Under the pieces are notes generated by a model. It saw only the letters and a program-made list of their open reading frames with translations, had not been told where the DNA came from and searched no databases. Shown piece by piece: positions 11,086 to 21,719 of a stretch of DNA of 33,377 nt (position 1 is the stretch's first letter; every line of letters starts with the position of its first letter). Origin of the DNA: Paraglomus brasilianum (lineage: Eukaryota). The DNA is taken from NCBI GenBank assembly GCA_910592345.1, contig CAJVPI010000360.1:1-33377 (forward strand), read 5' to 3'. A program made the position numbers and the translations under genes.

Positions 11086-11258
11086 AATTCGGGAATGATG
11101 ATTTCCTGATATGCAAGAGAAACAGTTTGTGTTACATAACATGTGATACTCACAGTACCGAATTTAAATGTATAAAATTTATAATAAATCAGCAGTATTA
11201 TATTTAATTTGTGTACATTTTATACCTAATTGTATTAAATACAGTAGTGTGTATTGTA

Positions 11259-11580
11259 TTATTTAATTTTTATCATCATTTTAGTTCCAATTTTACTATT
11301 ATTATCTGTCATTCGCATTACAATTATCTTCATACGTGAGTGGATGGAAGCGCATACTGATCGCGTTGACTCTTCTCCGAGAGTGTACACGGTAGTGGAT
11401 GGAAAGTTTGATTCAGGTGGGTAAATAACATTTGCATCATAAGGAATCCATTTCGCTTTAGTAGGATACAGTAATCTTGAACAGAATGCACAAGGCAGGC
11501 ATATGTGTTGAAAAAGAATAGTATTTTGAAAGCGCGTGTGTGGGCTGCGCAAACGTTGAGGGGATCGCCATTGAGGACAG
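11259..11580 (-). mobile_element. Fragment resembling the Cys-rich N-terminal region of Helitron-associated Rep/helicase proteins
   Basis: CLPCAFCSRLLYPTKAKWIPYD..YP motif, recognised from memory of repetitive Mucoromycota proteins. No Rep or helicase motifs and no termini were found. Confidence 0.4.
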
Positions 11581-12599
11581 GCGCATCAATGTTAGGGTTG
11601 AATTAATTGATAGACCTTATACAATTATGCTCAATAGTTGAGGATTGGCAACAGGTGTGTAAGTAACGTTCAACATCAGTTGGGAAAATGCATCTGTGTT
11701 TGAGGTTATTTGTGACATGTTCAATAATTCAGGATTGTTTGTTTTGTTAATGTGTCGTTCTAGTAAGTGATATGGTTGAAATTGATGTGTCTTGAATTTG
11801 TACTGTGACGTACTCGCAAGGTTAAAACTGCTCGATCGAGTTTTTTAAGGGAAAGTGTATTTATAGATAACAGTCTCTACTATAAATATGAAATAATAGT
11901 GAAAACCAACTCACACAACCAATAAAGAGAATATTTCTGTTACTTTTAGATGTGACTTGATAACGGATAATTATTTTATGTTCACTTGTCCGATTTTCGA
12001 ATACTGATTGATAGAGCTGATTACGAAAAAAACTGATCATGCGATAATGAAAGATAACAATTTGTTCCTATCACTCGTACATATGTATGCTAACTAAAAA
12101 TAATTTTTTACTGTCTATAAATATTCCAAGCACATTCTGCATTTATGTACGGCTGTTTATATAGTAAAAATATACGTAAAAATAGAAATTTTTGTTATAA
12201 AAACCGCGGTTAGCGTACAAAAAACGCTCGGTAATAATACCAACATTAACCATTGGTTCTGATGCAGATTGAAATCTGCTTTGTCCAAATTTTCGACAAG
12301 TTGCTAAAATAAGTTAAAGATTATTTGTGGCAAGTTGGCCGAAGATAGTACTATGAAATGCTGCTTTGAAAATTAAGTTACAAAAGTTACCTGTTATTAT
12401 TACATTGCGAAAAATTAAACTTGTCAGAGATTAGATGTTAATGTAACGCGAGAAATTGATTTCCTGTTTAGCAATATTGGATTTTATTCACTAAAGAAAT
12501 TAAATCATGACAAAAAAAAAGTATATAAAATAAGCGTCTTTTTTTAACAACAATGTAATATACTAATACCAGTAAAATGGTAATAAACGTTTACTTATT

Positions 12600-13445
12600 T
12601 GCTTTTCTAGTTGTGCATCTTTCTCTTGTATTATTGATTGTTCAATAAAATGATAATATCACATTATTGTCACTGATAACAGCTTCTTCGTTATTTGTGT
12701 TAATGTGAGTGTCTATTTCGGTAATGTTATCGTTTCTAAAGATTGATTAGTGATAATTTTTTTGCAAATATCGCTGATTTTGTGGTTTTTTGTTTTGACG
12801 CACTGTTCAGTGTGTTGGTGCTTGTAAAGATTGTTATTGGTGAATTTGTGCAATTTTTTGTTCTATTCTGATTTTCCGTTAGTTTGGCCAATAAGAATGT
12901 TATTTTTTTTCCACGGAATATTAATAGTGGCGTCACTTTCGAATTTGGTAGAGATAAATTGAAATTCCAACAACTCGCAATATAATTGCTTCCCCAAAAA
13001 ATTAAAATTCCAGTCACATGAACTTCTTTTGCTTTCACGATTCCGTTCTTTAAGCGGCCATTAAGTGGGTCAACATCATTGACGGTTGGAATTAATCTTT
13101 TGTCAAATATGGTTTTACTTGTATCGGTAGTGTGTAACCCGTTCAGCATTATTAGTAGTGTTACCGAATAATGCTCGCCGTTATTAACGTTAAAAGAACT
13201 GTCTTTAAGTGGTGTAAATTTCCCTGAGATTTGGTACACTCCGTTCTCTTGAAGTGGCTGCGTGACTTCAGATGATGCCTTCCTCTATTAGACTGTTTTT
13301 CGGACGTGTAGGTGGTAATTTGTAAAACTGATATCCGTCTTCCGCATTGATTCTTGATATGACGGAGCCTTTTAAACGGTTTTGTTGTTATAAGTTCGTC
13401 CGCAATAGAAACTATGTATATAATAGCCGCGAGAGTTGCAATCAT
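12600..13445 (-). pseudogene. Intronless, frameshifted gene of a repeat-associated family; possibly OB-fold/ssDNA-binding-like with a low-complexity Thr/Asn/Lys tail
   Basis: Overlapping ORFs 13161-13454 and 12736-13239 join through frameshifts (MIATLAAIIYIVSI / LKGSVISRIN / GVYQISGKFTPLKD / PLNGRLKNGIVKAKEVHVTGILIF). The fold assignment is inference. Confidence 0.4.
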
Positions 13446-14521
13446 TTTGTTCAATGGTGGTAATCAGTAATCAGTAATAATGGGGTTGTTGATAATAGAT
13501 AGCAAAGAGCTTTAAGATGGGAATAATCGCAGTTGTCCTTTATTTATAACTTTGAGGTAGTATTTGAGTTAATAATAAACTATAATTGATTTATTTATAC
13601 TGTACTTCTTTTTATTGGCGTTTTTCTTAATAATCTGACAAATTTACTGTTAGTGCGGACAATTTGTTGGTTATTTTTGGACAAAGCTATTTACTAATTG
13701 AGAAGTGAAGGAGTGAGCTTGATTCGAATTGTATGTCGTGCGCTTATGATTTGGCGAAGGATAGGCGTATAGAAAACGTTCTTGAACAATCGTTGCTTAC
13801 AAGATAACACGAATGTCACAATATAATTGCTGTAAATGGAGAGATAATTGGAAGCTAAAATTTAGCGTTAAATAACAAATTCAGTATGCAGTGGTTTTAC
13901 TGGTGATTCGTTTCGAAAGGTTTGCGCACACTATTTCCAAACAGTTAGTGTGCGCGGCAGACGCCGTTTATGAACAATTGACGCTTGGGAGATAGCACAC
14001 GGCTGCCATAAATGTGTTTCAAGCATAAAAACATTCGATAAAAAAAGGTTTGTTAAATTTTAATAATAAATTTGTTTTCTCAACAACAAAGCAAACTATC
14101 CGGTTAAACTTTTTTGCATTCAATAGCAGTTTGTTTACGCTTTCGTAAATGTGTGTATATTTATCATGTGGAACCGGTGTTTAAACAATTTTAAACTTTT
14201 AGGTCGTTTAGCTTTTTCGGTAACACAAAACGTTGGCTATATATAAATATTATCATATTACTAGCTGACACACTACAATTTTTGGTGAATATGTTGTACA
14301 TTAGATGCGCTAAATTCAGTATTAATTTTGCGGTGATTGCATTGCTCGTTACGTCAACATTCGCAAATGTAAGGGGTGGTCGGTGACTTTTGGTACATCA
14401 GGAGTACAGTGGACAATCTAATTTGATGCACGTCAATTGTTCCAGAACGTGATCTTTCCCATGATGCGTAGCAAGATATAAACGCGCGCAACTACATGTT
14501 CTTCATGATTTGACAAACATG

Positions 14522-17500
14522 ATGGACAACGTAGACCCTCAAGAATACGAAGAATTTGCGGCTGAATACAGAGTAAACAATCACGATGCTAAGGATGGGG
14601 AAATTATCCTAGCATACCTTGCACGGAAACAAAAACAGCAAGGTAAGTGAGCAAGCAATGGGGAGAAGAGTTTGAAAACTGTCACTGGCTTTGTGCTATA
14701 TTGCAAGAGAGGCAGTTGGGGCATTATTAGTTGGGGCAGAGCAGAGTCGTAGCAAAAGTTAAGTTATACATAAACTCGTTTGAAAGGCAAATAAGCAAAA
14801 TACGATATGTTTGGGTTAAGTAGAGTAGTGTCAGTTACCCACATCCATGGAGTGGTGTTGCACCTCTGTTTTCGAACTTCCAAAAATTATGCTACTTTCC
14901 TTGCTGTTATTTGTTTCTTGTAACTCACTCTTCTAACTACCCATTGCTACTTTTATTATTGCTATCTCGTTCATCTCTGTGTGCCATATCTTTCATAGAT
15001 GGTGAGTGACGTTTACCAATGCTACACCATCTGTTACATCTATTATTCATATTAATATACAAATCTTTTCTCTAATTTCTTTCGCCTTTGACCCTCTCAC
15101 AATTAGTATCAGTGCCTTTCAAAAGAAAACTGATGGATGATGAGTCATCGTCCAAACGACCAAAAACTGGCCTTGAACTATGGGACTATTGGTTTGACAC
15201 TCTTACTTCAACGGTGAACATTCATGCTCCCCCTAAACTCTATCCTGAGAGTGCACAAGAACTTGCTGGTCGCTTTCGCAAATCAGGGGTTTTCCTACCA
15301 TTTAGTGGTAAATCCTCTGTGGATATGCGTCTTGATGAACATCCTACCCCCATGGGCAAGAAGCTTGTCGAACTATTCCGGAAAACCAATAATTTCAACA
15401 TTCTCATCTCATTTTCTGGTGCTGGCAAGACTCGGGCCATATTTGATGTAGCCATGCAGAATAGAGGAGTCTTCTTAATGTATATTGAATGCAAGGTGGA
15501 GGTGGTAGGTGAACCAACCAGCAACCGTAATTTCGCGCAGCTCTACGAAGACATAGAGACAGTCGATGACACCACTGGGCTACAGAATAATGATGGTAAA
15601 GCAGAGGCACGCCGTCTTATTTCCTTGGAGTACACTTCCCGGATCTTCTACCTCATTCTGCTCATTAGAAAGATCAAGGACCTTACTCCACGCAGCTACC
15701 TACTCTCTCAGCTCAATGGCAGACAGGAGTCTATTGCAGAGATCAAATCATCACTAAAGATAGAAAGTAAAGGAAATTTGGATGAGCTTTTCCGAGTGGC
15801 CTCCCATAAGCTGTCGGTAAGGTTCTTTGTTGAATTACTATTACCAAAACAGTTATCTTTTTTATTCTGGACATTTAATAACAAATTTTATTTTATGTAT
15901 GATAGGATATTTTGCCCCCTGGATCTCAGTTGGCTATTGCAATTGACGAGGCCAGTACTGCCAGCAAACTTTTTTACCCAAAATTCCATAATATCCATGG
16001 TAACCCACGTGGCTTGCTAATGCCGATGTTAGAATTTCTCATTCCATCACGTAAGATTCCTGTAGTGATTGCTGGCACTTCATTTACACTTAAACATGGG
16101 GATAAAGTTGAGAGTGATGTTGGCAAAACTACAAATGAGAATGTTATTATGGACTTTGAGACACTGACAATTGATAAAGTCAAAGCCTATATCAAACATT
16201 ATCTCAACCTCTCAGGCTGTGATATCGGAAGAATTGAAGACTGGAAATACCTTGCTGGTCGCCCCCACTTAGCTGCTCGGTTGTTATGTGAAATTGTACA
16301 GGGGGAGAATCGTGAGCAAAATGAAACAAAACAGACTGTGTTAGAAAGGGCTATTAAGGAGACAGTAAATGTCATCAGCAAACGTTTGACAGAAGGTCTT
16401 TCTTTTCTAACTAAAGATGTAATTGGTAAAAGGGACCCTCTTGCCCTTATTCTCCAAAATATCTTGGAAAATGTCTTTATTTCTTGCCAGTATGCATTTC
16501 ACACAATTATAAATTTTCTTTTTAGCAAAAACCATGAATAGTTGGCTAACAAATTGTAATATCCAGCTTCTTCTCTGGCATTGGCCATGTAACTGATTAT
16601 GACGATAAATCGACACGCCTTGTTGAATGTGGGATTACTTCTTTGAGGCAGACACAAAGTGTACGTTATATTCAAGTCAATGAACCTTTGGCAATAAGGG
16701 TTGTCAACACTGTGCTTGGTATCGAGTTCAAAAGTCCAGCTACAACACTCACCAATAGACTATTTGCAAAGTTAAATGAACGTGCCAATGCTTCAGACAC
16801 GTCAAAAGGCAAAGCATGGGAATATCTTATCCTGGCACAAATGCTGACTTACAATGGCAAGAAAGTCGTCGACTTAATCAAACTGTTTTACAATGATCAT
16901 CAAATATTGCAGGAAAAGCTACACCGAAAACCAAATGGAGATTCTCTTAAGGTCACTGAACTACCAAAATGGACATATACTGCAACCTTCAATGTGGAGT
17001 CCTATGGAGATGTAGAAATGCTCTCCCTGCTGTGCAACAAGTCGTATGAAGATGGTGTGGATGTCATCAGTGACTGGCTTGCATCTCCAGAGAATCGAAA
17101 GTATATTCTTCAACCTGAAAATGCAATGCGCCCAGATGGACTATACATTGGTCACATTGATGGCCACCATAGTCATTATTGGACCCTGCTATTCAGTGCA
17201 AAGTTCTACAGCAATGCAATGTCAGGCCAAGAGATCAATCAGGATAAAAATTCTACAAATTGGAGCTTGGCTTATTATACTAAGGATCTTAGAAAAGCAC
17301 CTAATTGTCATTTGATTGACAAGCTTGCAGAAGCACGACGACTTTATAAGCATCATGGCTCTCTCCGCATTCATTTTATAATGCCAGGCTTGGCTTCATG
17401 CAGTGATGGGTCAGATAGAGGAGGTTGTCGAGTGGAGGACAATGATGTTATCATGTATATTGATAGAACCATGTTGGGAAAGTTGTTCCAATCCTCTCCT

Positions 17501-17536
17501 GATATTGCAGAATCTATAGAAGTCCTTTTGGAGTAA
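14522..17536 (+). CDS. Intact Crinkler-type (CR-NTPase + restriction-endonuclease-fold) protein, ~795 aa
   Basis: Exons 14522-14642, 14999-15001, 15107-15816, 15906-16489 and 16567-17536 splice (GT-AG) into one 2388-nt frame. Contains a basic NLS-like stretch (KRK..KRPK), Walker A SFSGAGKT, Walker B AIAIDEA, the motif YLAGRPH, and C-terminal GKAWE..PENAMRPDG..LLFSAKFY. Confidence 0.8.
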
Positions 17537-17585
17537 AATTTTCACTCCCAAGTTTCAAATAAAGTTTTCATGACATTGCAGTTAT

Positions 17586-17625
17586 AAAAAATATTGGCAA
17601 TTATACATAATTGCCAAATATTTTT
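17586..17625. other. AT-rich near-perfect palindrome (hairpin) 50 nt downstream of the CRN stop codon
   Basis: TTGGCAATTAT-AC-ATAATTGCCAA core, extending to about 18 bp with one bulge. Confidence 0.6.
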
Positions 17626-18693
17626 GTTGTATTTCTTTAAATAATGAGCTCTAACACTTAACAGAATGAATAGTGAGTGACGTCATACGGTCACTTGTTG
17701 CATATTATATGCCCCTTAACGGCAATCAATATCCTGAAAGAAATAAAACTTTTCGGTGCATGGTACAGTACAAGCATTCCTTTTTCTTGTCCAAAAACAA
17801 CCATACAATCGCGGGTGATATCAATGAGTAATGTGGTGCCAAGATGACCAGTGTGTGCAAATTAGTGCGAGTATCTTCAAACCGATTATTCCATACAGGG
17901 TTATATCACATGAAGAAAGTGAATTAATGCATGTATGGTAAAGCGAGAGACAGAGACAGAGAGGAAGAAAGGACCGTTGTGCGCAACATGCATAGCTGCC
18001 AGTAATCGTAATCGTAACTATAATAATATTAATAGCAATACAACCCTTCAGAACATTCGGATCCAGATGTATATACGACTAAACTCATCCAGGTTAAAAA
18101 AATTCAATTAACATGTTTCTTTTGATCTTTCTATAAATACTTGCGTAACCATATTCCTTTATATTTTATTTATATTTAGAATATGGTTCCCAATTTGACG
18201 CCCTTCTCCAAACAAAATAAGTTTGAGTAAAACACTTTGAGAATATTGACATTCGAATTTACTGGCTTTCTTGTTTATATATAAGCCTTTTAAATTCTAT
18301 AGACCCCCGTCATAACTGCATGATTTTGTGCGTACGTGTGTACGTGTGTGGTATTCTTTTTTCCACGGGAAATTGTTGACTGGTGTGTCTTAAGGCGTTG
18401 GTTACACAACGCATGACATCATTCAATTGCTCACAAAGCGAGTTTTTTCGAATTCATTCTTGGGAACCTGGCTGCAGCAAGATTGGATAATACCCTTTCT
18501 TTCCCCCTGTAATTCCATACTTAGCACGCACGCATTCCCTTTACTTACTCGCCTCCCTTGTCTCACTTCCAACCACTGCCCATCTTTTCTTCCTATTTCT
18601 CTTACATAGTCTATCAGTTTCATACTCGTACTTTTACCCCTCCTCACCACCACTACCACCACTCCTCATCCATCTCACTCGCAACAAACAATA

Positions 18694-19671
18694 ATGCCAA
18701 AGAAACAAAAGCAAGATCTCCCCCTTCATAAAGTCATCATGGTCGGCTCTGGCGGCGTTGGCAAGTCGGCGCTTACTTTGCAGTACATGTACGGTGACTT
18801 TGTCGAAGAGTATGACCCTACGAAGGCCGACTCGTATAGAAAGAAGGTCACGCTGGATGGTCAAGATTGTCAGATTGACATCTTGGACACTGCCGGGCAA
18901 GAAGAATACGCTGCTGTATCCTTTATTATTATAGCCAGTCGTGTTGGGTTAAAAGGAAAAAGTTAGGCAATGTTACGTAGAGCGGTGGTAATCACAGAGA
19001 CGTTAGTTCAATGGGCAATGGGCAATGGGCAATGGGCAATGGGCAAAGGGCAAAGGGGTGGAGCAGGCTATAAGCGAATGAGCGAATGAGCGAATTAAGA
19101 TACAACAAGACTCTATGACACTCTCTTTCATCGATCGGCACGACATAAAAGATTACCAATATCATCTCTTGTCCTTGACTCTCTGCATTCCGTACCGTAG
19201 ATTCGAGATAATTATTATCGTTCAGGTGAAGGCTTTCTCTGCGTCTTCTCTATTTGCGAACACGAATCTTTTTTAAATACACAGGACTTTAGGGAACAGA
19301 TTTCGCGAGTTCTAGACGATGATAGCGTGAGTAAAAACAATGTAATGACAAGCGTTTCCAATTTTTTATCTTTTTCCTTTATTGTTTTCTCCTCGAAATT
19401 TGTTATATAACCAAATTCTCTTGTTCTCTTTTCGTAGGTGCCATTCATCCTCGTCGGTAATAAAGCCGATCTAGCTAATAGTTATCGAAAAGTAACAAAA
19501 GATGAAGCTGCAGCCAAGGCAGCCGAATGGGGATGTCCGTACATTGAGACATCGGCGAAAACGCGACTCAACGTAGACGAGGTCTACACCGAGTTAATGA
19601 GAAAGATTCGAGCACGCAAAGAAACTCAAGAGAATCCAAGACCAGTAAGGAATAGATGCGTGTGCTTATAA
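18694..19671 (+). CDS. RAL: Ral-type Ras-family small GTPase, 193 aa
   Basis: Exons 18694-18915, 19201-19326 and 19438-19671. Motifs [20 protein letters not shown], effector loop [49 protein letters not shown] and CAAX CVCL. These closely match animal Ral rather than Ras or Rap. Confidence 0.93.
19009..19095. repeat. Intronic minisatellites: (CAATGGG)x~5 with two CAAAGGG variants, then (AGCGAATG)x~3
   Basis: Direct reading of Ral intron 1. Confidence 0.85.
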
Positions 19672-21719
19672 GAACAATAAAGAGGGAGATGCACGATTGT
19701 TATTTTTATTGTTCAAGTGAGTTTAGATTTATTCTCTCATTTCATTTTTTTTCCCTCGTGGGGGCAGTAGATGTGTACGATTTTAAAGAAATATTAGTCG
19801 AGTGCGTGTATAGAACAGTATTTTGTAATAGTATATCTGTTTTAATTATCTTTTTTTTTTTTACTCGTTTTTTTTTTTCATTTCATATTTTGCTTGTTCG
19901 TTCTACTTGTTTTCTTGTTCTTTCCAAATTACCATTTCTGTCACATTGCAATCTGATTTGTGGGGGTTCATTTACAATCTTCTTTGTGATTTACCGTTTA
20001 TGGGCATGCATATCATTATATGAACTGTGTTACCACGCATGCCATGCACACAATAATCATTTACAAATTCACATTAAATAAATTAAACGAGGCGCGTCCA
20101 CATTAATTAACGGCCATGTGGAGAAGGGAGCTTACAATGTAACTTGTCAAATAAAATAGACATTCAAAATTACAAGGGTCGAAATTTGAAATATGCGTGT
20201 GTGTAATTATCGGGAAATTGTAAATGAATAACGAAATTGACGGAAGCAAACATTAAATTGTAGATTGTACTGATCATTGCAATTGGCTTGAAATTGGGAA
20301 ACAATTTTCCATGAGCTTTTGCACTAATTATTTTACCTAAAGAAAACAAAGTCCCTGCAATTCTCCTGCAATTCTCCTGCAATTCTCGCATTTGTTGGAC
20401 ATGTCTGGCCATGATCAATGTCGATTTGCCGCCTATCAAACCCTGTGCAACAAAGACTAAACAACGCAACCAACGCTTCTTATATACGTGTCATACTTAC
20501 CTAATTAGTTGTCGTTTTGCGCATACAGGATAAGGGTAATAAAGGCATTGTTTAATCACTTTGGTCGATTAACGTCAATCTTGATACTTAGAATTCTATT
20601 GCTAAATTTCTCCATCTTATTCATGAATAGATGAACGAGACCTAAGTTGCAGCGTTATGCCGGCCGAAATCACTTTATTCGCTTTGGTTACAGCATGTCC
20701 GCATACCCTACCAAATATGTGAAGCATATTAATATATACGGTTCGAATTAACTGCATGTCCGTTGATATGTTGACGTTGTTCTTGGTATGACTAAACCGA
20801 TGGGAAGGAGACCGATTACATTATGATTATGGAGATTAAAAAGACAGAGCAACACGCTTTTACTTCTTACATTCTCTGGAAAATTCGTTCATTTGATACT
20901 CACTGACCGCATTAACACGTGAGTGTAATTGCGGCTGTCTATATCCACAGTAGATAGTTAAACTACATTCTACACGCACGTGCATTATAATACAATTTTA
21001 GCCAGCTATGTCGACAGAATGTGAATCAACAAGTATTGTAAATTTCACCCTCTTCCCGAGTTTCCACTTTACGTGAAAGTCTACTACATTGTTATTAAGC
21101 CATTCTCTTCTTTATAATAGAGATGCGTGTTTTTTAAAAAACACGGAATGTTTCACTGCATGTACTCACAGTTACAATATGCTAGTACATTAACCTACTT
21201 GCGAAGCCCACACGAAGGAACAGAGTCCAAAAGAATTTCTACTCTGAATGAAGACTACGCACTCTTTCTACCATTTAGTAATGAAACAATTGCATTTATA
21301 GTTTGATAATAGTATTTTATATATGCGTTGTATTCCTTTGTCCATATTACAAAACTAGTATAACAATTATTTCTATTACATTGTATATTTATTATACAGT
21401 GAACCAAAAGTCGAGACTTAAATTCAGAAGAAAAAAAGAAACTAAAAAAGTTCAGTCTGCCATTATGCAAACTTCAAGTCTCTTTGCGATTTCTTATTTA
21501 GTTGACTCTCGGATAATTATGAAGTGATAATTGGCCGACTACGATTCTGCCCCTAACCCTAATAATATAATCGTCGCTCTTGTATTCTCCTTTTTTTCTC
21601 GTTGCCAGTCTTGACTGTGATTGTTTTTTTCTATCTTGTACGCAAAAAGCAACGCAAAGGGTATCTCTGTTTCGAGTTGAAGCTTTTTTCCCAAAGCTTT
21701 GAACTCTACCTTTGCGTTC

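Noticed and set aside
12600..13454. A second code-4 (bacterial) segment
   Set aside because: In the part examined the breaks are frameshifts rather than TGA-only interruptions; it fits a decayed fungal repeat-associated gene better.
19656..20081. 141-aa Phe-rich ORF
   Set aside because: T-rich Ral 3' UTR; low complexity with no recognisable domain.
21550..21563. CCCTAACCCTAA as a telomeric relic
   Set aside because: Only two units, which is compatible with chance.
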